Source: Planctomycetota bacterium (lineage in GTDB: Bacteria; Planctomycetota; Planctomycetia; Pirellulales; UBA1268). From it: a DNA stretch of 64,000 nt. The DNA lies in assembly GCA_029978905.1 (NCBI GenBank), contig JAPOIM010000007.1, positions 15,942 through 79,941 on the forward strand, given 5' to 3'. The translations under genes were made by a program, and so were the position numbers. A model generated the notes under the pieces. It searched no databases. It had not been told where the DNA came from and saw nothing but the letters and a program-made list of their open reading frames with translations. Numbering within the stretch: position 1 is the first letter of the stretch; every line of letters begins with the position of its first letter. This document shows positions 36,920-47,136 of this stretch, in pieces.

Positions 36920-38335
36920 GTGATGCAGTCTCCCCTTGTCGTGCTCGGCGGTGGCCCCGGTGGTTATGCCGCAGCGTTTCTTGCCGCCGATTTGGGAATG
37001 TCGGTGACCCTCGTTGAGCGAGAAGAGCGGCTCGGTGGCACCTGTTTGCTGCGTGGATGCATCCCTTCGAAGGCCCTTTTGCATGTGGGGAGAGTGCTCT
37101 CGGAGTCCCGAGAGATGGCGGAATGGGGCATCGACTTTCCCAAGCCCACGATCGACGTCGATCGGCTGCGGGGCCGCAAAGATCAGGTGATTTCGGCCCT
37201 GACCGGTGGTCTCGGGCAGTTGGCGAAGCGGCGAAACGTGACCATCGTGCAGGGGGAGGCCCGCTTCTCCGGGTCCCAGACGCTCGAGGTGGCGCTCGCC
37301 GGTGGCGGGCATGAAACGATTCACTTTGAGCACTGCATTCTCGCAAGCGGGTCGCGTCCTGCTCGTATTCCCGCGTTTGCCCTGCCCACGCCACGGGTGA
37401 TGGATTCCACGACGGCGCTGGAGTTGCAGGAGATCCCGGAATCGTTGCTGGTGATCGGTGGTGGCTACATCGGCCTTGAAATGGGGACTGTCTACGCCGA
37501 ACTGGGAAGCCGCGTGTCGGTGGTAGAACTGACCGACGGCCTTCTGCCCGGGGCGGATCGCGACCTGGTGAAGCCGCTTGCCAAGCGTCTGGGAGGCCTT
37601 TTTGAGCGGATCATGCTCGGCACGAAGGTCGCTGCTCTCGAGGACCGGGGCGATTCGATTGCCGTCACGCTGGAAGGGCCCGACGGCACCGAAACAAAAA
37701 CATTTTCCCGCGTGCTGGTGTCGGTCGGCCGCCGCCCGAACTCCGACGGATTGGGCCTGGAAAACACCGGTGTCACCGTGGATGGCAAAGGTTTTGTGGG
37801 AGTCGATGCGAGTCAGCGGACCAGTGATCCGGCGATCTATGCCATCGGCGATGTGTGCGGCGAGCCGATGCTGGCCCACCGGGCGAGCCACCAAGGCAAG
37901 GTCGCCGTGGAGGCGATTCATGGTGAGCCGGCGGTCTTCGAGCCACGGGCCATTCCCGCGGTGGTGTTCACCGACCCGGAAATTGCTTGGGCTGGGCTCA
38001 CGGAAAACGAGGCTGCTAAGCAAGGCCTGACGGTTGAGGTCAGCAAGTACCCCTGGGCCGCTAGTGGTCGAGCTCAGTCGCTCGGGCGGACGGAAGGCCT
38101 CACCAAGATTCTCTTCGATCCTGAGAGCGAACGGGTGCTGGGGATTGGGATCGTTGGCCCTGGCGCCGGCGAACTGATCGCCGAAGGCACGCTTGCCATC
38201 GAGATGGGATGCACGGCGGTCGACCTGGCCGACACGATCCATCCTCATCCCACCCTCGGGGAAACGGTGGGCTTCTCGGCCGAAGGCCAACTGGGGACCG
38301 CGACCGAAATTTACCGGCCGCGACCCCGTTCTTGA
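36920..38335 (+). CDS. lpdA: Dihydrolipoyl dehydrogenase (E3), copy 1
   Basis: VVLGGGPGGYAAAF, the redox centre GGTCLLRGCIPSKALL, and the C-terminal HPHPTLGE motif are present. Confidence 0.92.
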   Translation: MMQSPLVVLGGGPGGYAAAFLAADLGMSVTLVEREERLGGTCLLRGCIPSKALLHVGRVLSESREMAEWGIDFPKPTIDVDRLRGRKDQVISALTGGLGQLAKRRNVTIVQGEARFSGSQTLEVALAGGGHETIHFEHCILASGSRPARIPAFALPTPRVMDSTTALELQEIPESLLVIGGGYIGLEMGTVYAELGSRVSVVELTDGLLPGADRDLVKPLAKRLGGLFERIMLGTKVAALEDRGDSIAVTLEGPDGTETKTFSRVLVSVGRRPNSDGLGLENTGVTVDGKGFVGVDASQRTSDPAIYAIGDVCGEPMLAHRASHQGKVAVEAIHGEPAVFEPRAIPAVVFTDPEIAWAGLTENEAAKQGLTVEVSKYPWAASGRAQSLGRTEGLTKILFDPESERVLGIGIVGPGAGELIAEGTLAIEMGCTAVDLADTIHPHPTLGETVGFSAEGQLGTATEIYRPRPRS

Positions 38336-38471
38336 GTCGTTTCAGCGAGAGAAACCCCATTTTGGGGCACGTCCGTGCGTGAGCGGCCGGCGGAACCGGT
38401 CGGTCTTTACGCTCAGGGAATGTGTCAGAATAATGGGGTAAGGAAAGATCTCCGTCCTCCGGGAGTAAGCA

Positions 38472-41354
38472 ATGTCCAGTTCGGAAGCCGACCAGTCCAG
38501 CAGTACTCGGGTGGGCGGCGTCGGATCCGAGGGTCCCCTCGTGCGGGGCGCCGTCTCAGGCGTCGCTACCTACGCGCCAGCATCTTCAGCCGCGGGAGCG
38601 GGCCCTAACGGCGATATTCCCGGCGGTGGGCATGCCCCAATGGCGATCCTCCCTGGCGGACAACCGCAGGTCGTTGACGGTACCAGCGGCATGGATAGCG
38701 ACCCCTCCGAGACCAAGGAGTGGCTCGACTCCCTGCGATACGTGATGGAAAGCCGCGGTGGCGACCGAGCTGCCTACCTGCTGCAGGCGATTGAGCAGGA
38801 AGCCTATCGGCTGGGTGTGCCGATCCCGTTTTCGGCGACCACTCCTTACATCAACACCATTCCGCTCGAGAAACAGCCCGCATTCCCGGGGAATCGCGAG
38901 CTGGAGCGGCGCATCAAGAGCATCATCCGCTGGAACGCGATGGCGATGGTGGTGCGGGCCAACCGTGAAGACAAGAGCATCGGTGGCCACATCTCGACCT
39001 TTGCCTCGTCGGCGACGCTGGTCGAAGTGGCGATGAACCACTTCATCCGCGGGCGCGGAGACGACTACTCCGGCGACCAGGTCTACTTCCAGGGGCACGC
39101 CTCGCCCGGGATCTACTCACGCGCCTTCGTGGAAGGTCGTCTGAGCGAGCAGCAGCTGGAGAACTTCCGGCAGGAACTCGCCGAGGGCGGGGGGCTCTCG
39201 AGCTACCCGCACCCTTGGCTGATGCCGACATTCTGGGAGTTTCCCACGGTGTCGATGGGGCTCGGCCCGATCATGGCGATCTACCAGGCCCGCTTTAATA
39301 AGTACCTGCAGGATCGCGGGATCAAAGACACCAGCAAGCAGCACGTCTGGTCGTTCATCGGAGACGGTGAGACCGACGAGCCGGAAACCCTCGGCGCGAT
39401 TTCGCTCGCGGCTCGAGAGAAGCTCGACAACCTGGTGTTTGTGATCAACTGCAACCTGCAGCGGCTCGACGGGCCGGTTCGCGGGAATGGCAAGATCATC
39501 CAAGAACTCGAAGGCATGTTCCGCGGTGCGGGCTGGAACGTCATCAAGGTGATCTGGGGTGAGGACTGGGATCCGCTCCTCGATAAGGATGACGAAGGCC
39601 TGCTCGTAAAGCGGATGAACGAAGTCATCGACGGCCAGTACCAGAAGTACACCGTCATGGGTGGCGACTACATTCGCGACCACTTCTTCGGCACTGATCC
39701 GCGTCTGTTGGAGATGGTGGGGCATCTTTCTGACGAGAAGCTCAAGAAGCTCAAGCGCGGTGGGCACGACCCCGAGAAGGTCTACGCGGCCTACGCCGCA
39801 GCGATGAAGTGTCATGGCAAGCCCACCGTGATCATCGCCAAGACCGTGAAGGGCTATGGCCTCGGCGAAGTGGGTGAAGGCCGCAACGTCACGCACCAGC
39901 AGAAGAAGCTCAACGAAGACGAGCTGCGGGCCTTCCGTTCGCGGTTCGGGATTCCGATTTCAGACGACGAGGTCGCTGAGGCGCCGTTCTACCGGCCTGC
40001 CGAAGATTCGCCGGAGATGAAGTATCTCCACGAACGGCGGAAGGCTTTGGGCGGCTATGTGCCTGGTCGTCCTGGGCCCGAGCAGCAGCCAAAACTGCAG
40101 ACGCCCAAACTCGATGACTACCGTTCGTTTATTTCCAAGAGCGCGGGGCGCGAAGTGTCGACCACGACCGGTGTGGTGACGCTGATGGCTTCGCTGCTGA
40201 AGGATAAGACGATCGGCAAATACATCGTGCCGATCGTTCCGGACGAGTCGCGAACGTTCGGTATGGATCCGCTCTTTAAGCAGTGCGGGATCTATGCCCA
40301 CACCGGACAGCTCTATGAGCCTGTCGATTCGGATCAGCTTCTCTACTACCGAGAAGCCAAAGATGGGCAGATTCTTGAGGAAGGCATCACTGAAGCTGGC
40401 AGCATGGCCAGTTTCGTGGCGGCGGGCACTGCCTACGCCAGCCATGGCGTGCCGATGATCCCGATCTTCATTTACTACTCGATGTTTGGCTTCCAGCGGA
40501 TCGGGGACCAGATCTGGGCTGCGGCGGACTGCCGAGCACGTGGATTCATGATCGGTGGCACCGCTGGCCGGACCACGCTCAACGGGGAAGGCCTGCAGCA
40601 TCAGGATGGCCACAGCCACCTCTTCGCCACGGCCTACCCAACGGTGCGTGCCTACGATCCAGCGTTCGTGTATGAATCCACGGTGATCATGCTCGACGGG
40701 CTCGAGCGGATGTACGGCAAGGGCGAGGACTGGATCTACTACATCACCGTCTACAACGAGAATTACGAGATGCTTCCCATGCCTGAAGGGTGTGAGGAAG
40801 GCATTCTCAAGGGGATGTATCGTCTCCGCGAAGTACCCGTTGCGAGCGGTGCGGCGACTGCCAACGTGCAGCTCTTTGGTTCGGGGTCCATCCTGAGGGA
40901 GGTGCTCCGGGCTGCGGACATTCTCGCCGAGAGGTTCGGCGTCTCCAGTAACGTGTGGAGCGTCACCAGTTGGAAGGAGCTCCGCAGGGAGGCTCAGGAG
41001 TGCCGCCGCTGGAACATGTTCCACCCCGAAAGCCCCGCGAAGCGGAGTTACCTGGAGGACTGCCTCGAGGGCATCACTGATGTGTGTGTCGCGTGCAGCG
41101 ACCATGTGCGAGCGGTGCCAGAGCAGCTCGATCCTTGGGTGCCGGGCGGGCTCTTTGCCATGGGGACAGACGGCTTTGGCCGGAGCGAAACACGTGGCGT
41201 TCTGAGACGGCACTTTGAAGTTGATGCGGAGAGCATCGTTGTGGGAACACTCTGGCGGTTGGCCGAGAAGGGCGTGATCGGTATGGATCGCGTTTCGGCC
41301 GCCATTCGCGATCTTGGCATCGATCCGGAGAAGATCGATCCAGCGTTGGCCTGA
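38472..41354 (+). CDS. aceE: Pyruvate dehydrogenase E1 component, homodimeric AceE type
   Basis: 960 aa. DSDPSETKEWLDSLRYV, the TPP region FIGDGETDEPE and FGFQRIGD are present. ATG 38472 is preceded by GGGAG. The N-terminal 70 or so residues are low complexity, so a later start is possible. Confidence 0.92.
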   Translation: MSSSEADQSSSTRVGGVGSEGPLVRGAVSGVATYAPASSAAGAGPNGDIPGGGHAPMAILPGGQPQVVDGTSGMDSDPSETKEWLDSLRYVMESRGGDRAAYLLQAIEQEAYRLGVPIPFSATTPYINTIPLEKQPAFPGNRELERRIKSIIRWNAMAMVVRANREDKSIGGHISTFASSATLVEVAMNHFIRGRGDDYSGDQVYFQGHASPGIYSRAFVEGRLSEQQLENFRQELAEGGGLSSYPHPWLMPTFWEFPTVSMGLGPIMAIYQARFNKYLQDRGIKDTSKQHVWSFIGDGETDEPETLGAISLAAREKLDNLVFVINCNLQRLDGPVRGNGKIIQELEGMFRGAGWNVIKVIWGEDWDPLLDKDDEGLLVKRMNEVIDGQYQKYTVMGGDYIRDHFFGTDPRLLEMVGHLSDEKLKKLKRGGHDPEKVYAAYAAAMKCHGKPTVIIAKTVKGYGLGEVGEGRNVTHQQKKLNEDELRAFRSRFGIPISDDEVAEAPFYRPAEDSPEMKYLHERRKALGGYVPGRPGPEQQPKLQTPKLDDYRSFISKSAGREVSTTTGVVTLMASLLKDKTIGKYIVPIVPDESRTFGMDPLFKQCGIYAHTGQLYEPVDSDQLLYYREAKDGQILEEGITEAGSMASFVAAGTAYASHGVPMIPIFIYYSMFGFQRIGDQIWAAADCRARGFMIGGTAGRTTLNGEGLQHQDGHSHLFATAYPTVRAYDPAFVYESTVIMLDGLERMYGKGEDWIYYITVYNENYEMLPMPEGCEEGILKGMYRLREVPVASGAATANVQLFGSGSILREVLRAADILAERFGVSSNVWSVTSWKELRREAQECRRWNMFHPESPAKRSYLEDCLEGITDVCVACSDHVRAVPEQLDPWVPGGLFAMGTDGFGRSETRGVLRRHFEVDAESIVVGTLWRLAEKGVIGMDRVSAAIRDLGIDPEKIDPALA

Positions 41355-41453
41355 GTCGCCAGTTGATCAAATCTGTCCGAACGCGGGTGGTTGGCGTGAT
41401 GCCAGGTGCCTGCGTCTCGGGAAACCAGCACGAAAGGTGAGGACGGTCCGTTC

Positions 41454-42764
41454 ATGGCTACCCCATTTAATCTTCCGGACTTGGGTGAAAACATCGCGTC
41501 GGGCGACGTCGTGAGCGTGTTTGTGTCGGCGGGCGACGTGCTCAAGCCTGGGCAGGCGCTGCTGGAGGTGGAAACCGATAAGGCCGTGATCGAAGTGCCC
41601 TGCACGCCCGGCGGACGGGTGGCGGAAGTGCTCGTCAAGAAGGGCGATACCGTTCAGGTGGGACAAGCCCTGGTGACGCTGGAGGCTGCGGGGTCTGCGC
41701 CAGCCGCTGCGCCCGCGGCCGCGCCGCCTGCTGCGGCCCCGGCTCCCGTTGCGGCGGCTCCCGTTGCCACGCCAGCCGCAGCAGCGCCCCAGCCTGCTGC
41801 AGCTCCCGCTGCTCCCAAGCCTGCTGCGGCCCCTGCCGTGGTTCCCGAGCCTGTCGAGGCAGCGCCTGCGGCGGCAGCCCTGGAGCCTGCCGGCCCTGCG
41901 GTTCGCCGCTTGGCCCGTGAGTTGGGCGTGGATCTGGCTGGAGTCGCTGGCACAGGTCCGCATGGCCGTATTCTCCGTGAAGACGTGGTGGCTGCGGTCC
42001 GCGAGGCTGGCAAAAACGTCGGCGGGCGGAAGTCGGCGGCGGCGGGTGAGCGAGACGATTGGGGCCCGATCCGCCGTGAAGCCATGTCGCGGATGCGGCG
42101 GACGATTGCCGCCAACATGGTGCGGAGCGTGACTGAGATTCCGCACCTGACGAACTTCGACGACGCTGACGTGACCGAACTTGAGCGACTGCGGAAGGCG
42201 AGTTCCAAGGAATACGCCGAAAGCGGGGTGAAACTCACGGCGCTGGCGTTTGTGATCAAGGCGGTGAGCCTGTCGCTGCGACAGCACCCTGGCGTCAACG
42301 CCACGGTCGACATGGAAAACGGGCAGTTGATCTATAAGGACTACGTGAACATAGGGCTCGCGGTGGATACGCCACGCGGCCTCGTGGTGCCCGTGCTGCG
42401 TGACGTCGACGAAATGTCGATTCCCCAAGTGGCCCGTGCGATCGTGAGCACCGCCGAGAAGGCAAAGAACGCGAGTTACGCGGTGGAGGATCTCCGTGGC
42501 GGCACGTTCACGATCTCCAATCTTGGTGCGGTGGGCGGAAGCTACTCGACGCCTATCATCAACTACCCGGAAGTGGCGATTCTGCTCGTGGGACGTTCGC
42601 GGAAGCTTCCGATGGTGCGTGATGACGTGATTGAGCCAAGGATGATGATGCCGCTCTCGCTCTCCTACGATCATCGCGTGATCGACGGAGCAATGGCCGC
42701 TCGATTCCTGAACGAGATCATCGGCTACCTGGAGAGCCCTGGCAGGTTGCTGTTGGCGATGTAA
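41454..42764 (+). CDS. aceF: Dihydrolipoamide acetyltransferase (E2 of PDH)
   Basis: ATG 41454 follows AAAGGTGAGGA. The lipoyl motif is LEVETDKAVIEVP, followed by an Ala/Pro linker and a PSBD (GPAVRRLARELGVDLAGVAGTGPHGRILREDV). The catalytic motif is LSLSYDHRVIDGA. Confidence 0.9.
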   Translation: MATPFNLPDLGENIASGDVVSVFVSAGDVLKPGQALLEVETDKAVIEVPCTPGGRVAEVLVKKGDTVQVGQALVTLEAAGSAPAAAPAAAPPAAAPAPVAAAPVATPAAAAPQPAAAPAAPKPAAAPAVVPEPVEAAPAAAALEPAGPAVRRLARELGVDLAGVAGTGPHGRILREDVVAAVREAGKNVGGRKSAAAGERDDWGPIRREAMSRMRRTIAANMVRSVTEIPHLTNFDDADVTELERLRKASSKEYAESGVKLTALAFVIKAVSLSLRQHPGVNATVDMENGQLIYKDYVNIGLAVDTPRGLVVPVLRDVDEMSIPQVARAIVSTAEKAKNASYAVEDLRGGTFTISNLGAVGGSYSTPIINYPEVAILLVGRSRKLPMVRDDVIEPRMMMPLSLSYDHRVIDGAMAARFLNEIIGYLESPGRLLLAM

Positions 42765-42805
42765 CGTCGGCACTTACGCGGCGGCGACGTGTTGGAACTT
42801 GAGAA

Positions 42806-45757
42806 GTGAACAGCATCGACACGATCGATTCGGCGGGCACGGCAAGTGCCGCGTTTCTCGAAGAGCTCTTCGAGCAGTACCAGCAAAACCCGGAAAGCCT
42901 CCCACCTGACTGGAGGGCGTTTTTCGCCGCGATGGTCGACGGCAGCGGGTGGTCGCAGGTGCAAGAACCCGCTCCCCGCACGACGCATTTGGGACCTCCC
43001 GCCGCGCCCGCAAACGGTCAAGCAGCCCGCCCGTCTCCAGCAATTCACGAAGACGATCTCGTGGCTCCAGATGGCATCGCCACTGGCCACGCGGTTGCGA
43101 TCGCCGGTGGCACCGTCCATCTGCCCTCGGCCGCACCTGGTGAGCAGGCACCGCTTCCTTTGCCGGTGTCGTCGCCCAGCCAGGGCGAGGATCGTGTCGC
43201 GTTTCTTCAGGACCGCGTCGATCAGCTGGTTCGGGCGTATCGCGTCCGCGGGCATCTGATGGCAGAGATTGATCCGCTTGGTCGGCCACGGCCCGGGCTG
43301 CCCGAGCTCGATCCGCACTTCTATCACCTGACCGAAGCCGACCTCGATCGCAGCTTTTCGACTGACACGATCGAGGGGCCTCAGTCGATGTCGCTGCGGC
43401 AGATCATCAAACGGTTGCGAAACACCTACTGCCGAGCGATTGGTGTGCAGTTCATGCACATGGATGACCTCCGTGTGCGGCAGTGGCTCCAGGTACGGAT
43501 GGAGGGCACGGAAAACCGCATCCAGCTCGACCGCCGCCAGCAGATGCGAATCTACAGGCAAATGACCACGGCAGCGGTTTTTGAAGAGTTTATTCAGAAG
43601 CGGTTTCTCGGGGCGAAGAGTTTCTCACTGGAAGGGTCGGAAACCCTCATCCCGCTTTTGGAGATGGCGATTGAGCGGGCGGCGTCGCACGAGATCGATG
43701 ATGTTGTGCTGGCAATGGCCCATCGCGGTCGACTAAACGTCCTTGCCAACATCATGGGCAAGAGCCCGCAGAAGATTTTTCGTGAGTTCGCCGATCTCGA
43801 TCCGGAGTTGCATGTCGGCCGTGGTGACGTGAAGTACCACCTTGGGCACTCCACCGACTACAAGGCTGCCAACGGCCGAAGTGTGCACCTCTCGCTCTGC
43901 TTCAACCCGTCGCACCTGGAGTTCGTCAATCCTGTCGCCATCGGTCGGATGCGGGCGAGGCAGGACCGTTCCGGAGACCTTCAGCGACATAAAGGAATGG
44001 TCATCCTCGTGCATGGGGATGCCGCCTTTGCTGGCGAGGGGATCACCCAGGAAACGCTCAACCTGAGCGAACTCGATGCGTATCGCACCGGTGGGGCGTT
44101 GCATGTGATCGTCAACAACCAGATCGGCTTCACCACCGGTCCTCGAGAATCGAGAAGCTGCGTCTACGCGACCGACGTGGCCAAGATGCTTCAGATTCCG
44201 ATTTTCCATGTGAATGGAGAAGACCCAGAGGCGGTGGCCCAGGTCGTGTCGCTGGCGATGGATTTCCGTCGTGAGTTCCAGCGGGATGTCGTGATCGACA
44301 TGTACTGCTACCGCCGCCGTGGACACAACGAAGCCGACGAACCGGCCTTTACGCAGCCTGCCCTCTATCGGGTCATCGAGCGGCGGCCGAGCGTGCATGA
44401 GAGCTACTTGGAGAAACTCCTCAAACTCGGCGAACTCACACGCGACGAGGCGGACCGGATTGCGGAAGAGCATCGCGAGCAGCTCGATCGTGAACTCTCG
44501 GTCGCGAAGAGTGACGAGTTCAAGTACCGCAGCGAGTTGGCCGGTGTCTGGGCTTTCTACCTCGGTGGTCGCGAGAAGGAAACGGCCGATGTGGAAACCG
44601 GCGTGGCGCGTCCTGTGATCGAGGATCTCCTCGGCAAACTCTGCGACGTGCCGGAAGGCTTTGAGCCGCATTCCAAGATTTCGAAGATCCTTGAGCAGCG
44701 GCGGAAGATGATCAGCGGCGAAGTGCCGCTTGATTGGTCCGCGGCGGAGTCGCTTGCCCTCGCGAGCCTCGCGGTGCAGGGGCTGCGGATTCGGCTTTCT
44801 GGTCAGGACAGCCAGCGAGGCACGTTCAGTCATCGCCACGCCGTGATCCACGATGTGGTGACAGACGATACCTACTGCCCGCTGGAACACGTGTCGCATG
44901 AGCAGGCGCCGGTGGAGATCTACAACAGCCCTCTCTCGGAAGCAGGCGTCCTCGGCTTCGAGTACGGCTACAGCCTCGACTGTCCCGATGGGCTGGTGAT
45001 GTGGGAGGCCCAGTTTGGCGACTTCGTGAACGCGGCCCAGGTCGTGATCGACCAGTTCATCGTCAGCGCAGAAGACAAGTGGAACCGGCTGTCTGGCCTG
45101 GTCATGCTCCTACCGCACGGCTTCGAGGGCATGGGGCCCGAGCATTCGAGCGCCCGCCTGGAGCGGTTTCTGATGCTGGCTGCCAAAGACAATATCCAGA
45201 TCGTGACCCCCACGACCCCCGCGCAGATGTTTCACTGCCTCCGGCGTCAGGTGCTGAGGGTGTGGCGGAAGCCGCTGGTGGTGATGACGCCCAAGAGCCT
45301 CCTGCGGCATCCCGAATGCACGTCGTCGATCGACGAGTTGGTCGACGGCAGTTTTCAGCGGGTGCTCGCGGATCGTGGGGGCAGAGCTGCTCGCGACATC
45401 CGGCGAATCCTGCTCTGCTCCGGAAAAGTCGCCTACGAACTCGAGAAGCGGCGTGAGGAAGACGGCCGCCACGACGTGGCCATTGTGCGGGTGGAGCAGC
45501 TCTACCCACTGCCACGACGTGCCCTGGAAGATGCGCTCAGCGGCTACACCACCGGCACGCCCGCGGTGTGGGTGCAGGAGGAGCCGGAAAACATGGGCGC
45601 GTGGCGTTTCTTCCGAATCCACTTTGGCGACCGCCTGCTCGATCGCTTTCCGTTTTCCGGCGTTTGTCGGCAGAGTGCTGCCAGCCCGGCGACGGGGTCC
45701 AAGCGAAGTCATGATCTTGAACAACGCGAGTTGTTGACCGCGGCGTTTCAGAGTTAG
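42806..45757 (+). CDS. sucA: 2-oxoglutarate dehydrogenase E1 component
   Basis: 983 aa. AAFLEELFEQYQQNPESLPPDWRAFF, GMAHRGRLNVLANIMGK and HGDAAFAGEG are typical SucA motifs. It uses a GTG start. Confidence 0.92.
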   Translation: MNSIDTIDSAGTASAAFLEELFEQYQQNPESLPPDWRAFFAAMVDGSGWSQVQEPAPRTTHLGPPAAPANGQAARPSPAIHEDDLVAPDGIATGHAVAIAGGTVHLPSAAPGEQAPLPLPVSSPSQGEDRVAFLQDRVDQLVRAYRVRGHLMAEIDPLGRPRPGLPELDPHFYHLTEADLDRSFSTDTIEGPQSMSLRQIIKRLRNTYCRAIGVQFMHMDDLRVRQWLQVRMEGTENRIQLDRRQQMRIYRQMTTAAVFEEFIQKRFLGAKSFSLEGSETLIPLLEMAIERAASHEIDDVVLAMAHRGRLNVLANIMGKSPQKIFREFADLDPELHVGRGDVKYHLGHSTDYKAANGRSVHLSLCFNPSHLEFVNPVAIGRMRARQDRSGDLQRHKGMVILVHGDAAFAGEGITQETLNLSELDAYRTGGALHVIVNNQIGFTTGPRESRSCVYATDVAKMLQIPIFHVNGEDPEAVAQVVSLAMDFRREFQRDVVIDMYCYRRRGHNEADEPAFTQPALYRVIERRPSVHESYLEKLLKLGELTRDEADRIAEEHREQLDRELSVAKSDEFKYRSELAGVWAFYLGGREKETADVETGVARPVIEDLLGKLCDVPEGFEPHSKISKILEQRRKMISGEVPLDWSAAESLALASLAVQGLRIRLSGQDSQRGTFSHRHAVIHDVVTDDTYCPLEHVSHEQAPVEIYNSPLSEAGVLGFEYGYSLDCPDGLVMWEAQFGDFVNAAQVVIDQFIVSAEDKWNRLSGLVMLLPHGFEGMGPEHSSARLERFLMLAAKDNIQIVTPTTPAQMFHCLRRQVLRVWRKPLVVMTPKSLLRHPECTSSIDELVDGSFQRVLADRGGRAARDIRRILLCSGKVAYELEKRREEDGRHDVAIVRVEQLYPLPRRALEDALSGYTTGTPAVWVQEEPENMGAWRFFRIHFGDRLLDRFPFSGVCRQSAASPATGSKRSHDLEQRELLTAAFQS

Positions 45758-45802
45758 CACACAGCTGCGCCTTTCATCCAGCCATCAACCGAAGTGTCTG
45801 CC

Positions 45803-47053
45803 ATGCCTATCGAACTGAAAGTCCCTGAGGTGGGAGAGTCGATCACGGAGGTCCAAATCGGGCCTTGGAAGAAAAAGGAGGGCGACACCGTCAAACTTGA
45901 TGAGACGGTGGTGGAAATTGAAAGCGATAAGGCGACCGTAGAGCTGCCCGCGCCGGCTGCCGGCACGATCGTGCGGATTCTTAAGGCGGCTGGCGAACAG
46001 GCGACGGTTGGTGAAGTCATCGGTTTGATGGAGCCGGGGCAGGCGACCGCTCAGCAGGCTGCCAGCGCACCCGTCGTCGATGTGCGGCGGAGCGACGACA
46101 AGACAGTGATCGGCTCGGTGCAGCCACCGCCGGCTGCGGCACCGCCGCGGGTGATGCCGTCCGCGTCACGCGTGCTCGCGGAGGCAGGCGTGCCAGTGCA
46201 GGGGGTGGTGGGGACCGGCCCGGGAGGCCGCGTCACCAAGCAGGATGCGATCTCCGCGACGGTGGCCCAGCAAACAGTCGCTCCCGCGCACGCTCCGCCA
46301 GCGCCTCGCGTGACCGCAGAGACGCACGTCAGCCCGCACGCTGCGCGTGGCAGTCGTGAAGAGCGGCCGGTGGTCATGAGCCCGATTCGTCGGCGGATCG
46401 CCGAGCGGCTCGTGGAGGCGCAGCACGAGGCGGCACTGTTGACCACTTTCAATGAGGTGGACATGTCGGCCGTGATGGCCCTGCGGGCTCGCTACAAGGA
46501 TTCCTTCCTGAAGAAGCACGGCGTGAAACTGGGGTTCATGTCGTTCTTCGTCAAAGCGGCCGTTGAGGCACTGCGAGAGATTCCACAGGTGAACGCAGAG
46601 TTTCGTGAGCCGCACATTGTGTACCGCGACTACTGCGACATCGGCATCGCGGTCGGTGGTGGGAAAGGGCTTGTCGTGCCGGTGATTCGCAACGCCGAGA
46701 CGCTCGGCTTTGCCGACATCGAATCGACGATCGCTGAGTTCGCGGTCCGTGCGGCTGAGAACAAGATCAAACTTGAAGAACTGCAGGGAGGGACGTTCAC
46801 GATTTCGAACGGAGGCGTCTACGGATCCCTCTTGTCGACGCCGATCATCAATCCACCGCAGAGCGGCATTCTTGGGCTGCATGCGATCCAGGATCGACCA
46901 GTGGCCCACGAGGGGCAGGTGGTGATTCGCCCGATGATGTACATCGCCCTCTCCTACGACCATCGCCTTGTGGATGGTCGCGAGGCGGTGACGTTCCTCA
47001 AACGGATCAAAGAAACGATGGAAGACCCAAGTCGTCTGTTGCTTGAAGTGTGA
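45803..47053 (+). CDS. sucB: Dihydrolipoamide succinyltransferase (E2 of OGDH)
   Basis: The lipoyl motif is [13 protein letters not shown], and the PSBD is [31 protein letters not shown]. The catalytic motif is [15 protein letters not shown] prefer ATG 45803 to GTG 45794. Confidence 0.9.
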   Translation: MPIELKVPEVGESITEVQIGPWKKKEGDTVKLDETVVEIESDKATVELPAPAAGTIVRILKAAGEQATVGEVIGLMEPGQATAQQAASAPVVDVRRSDDKTVIGSVQPPPAAAPPRVMPSASRVLAEAGVPVQGVVGTGPGGRVTKQDAISATVAQQTVAPAHAPPAPRVTAETHVSPHAARGSREERPVVMSPIRRRIAERLVEAQHEAALLTTFNEVDMSAVMALRARYKDSFLKKHGVKLGFMSFFVKAAVEALREIPQVNAEFREPHIVYRDYCDIGIAVGGGKGLVVPVIRNAETLGFADIESTIAEFAVRAAENKIKLEELQGGTFTISNGGVYGSLLSTPIINPPQSGILGLHAIQDRPVAHEGQVVIRPMMYIALSYDHRLVDGREAVTFLKRIKETMEDPSRLLLEV

Positions 47054-47136
47054 CCCGGTTTGTTCCTGCGGCGGCCGGTTGGGCCGGACGGTGAGTCGCC
47101 GTTCAGGAGAGCCAGAAGATTTTGCGAGCGTGTTCC

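Noticed and set aside
41690-41880. Repetitive GC-rich stretch that could be mistaken for a tandem repeat or array. Similar stretches occur at about 5150-5480 and 19880-20070.
   Set aside because: These are in-frame Ala/Pro-rich inter-domain linkers of E2 and of the two CheA-type kinases. They have no fixed repeat unit and no spacer structure, so they are not CRISPR or VNTR.
39960-44899. Minus-strand ORFs 39960..41213, 41367..42773 and 43733..44899 opposite aceE, aceF and sucA
   Set aside because: The plus-strand products match AceE, E2 and SucA motifs throughout. The minus ORFs are Arg/His-rich shadows.
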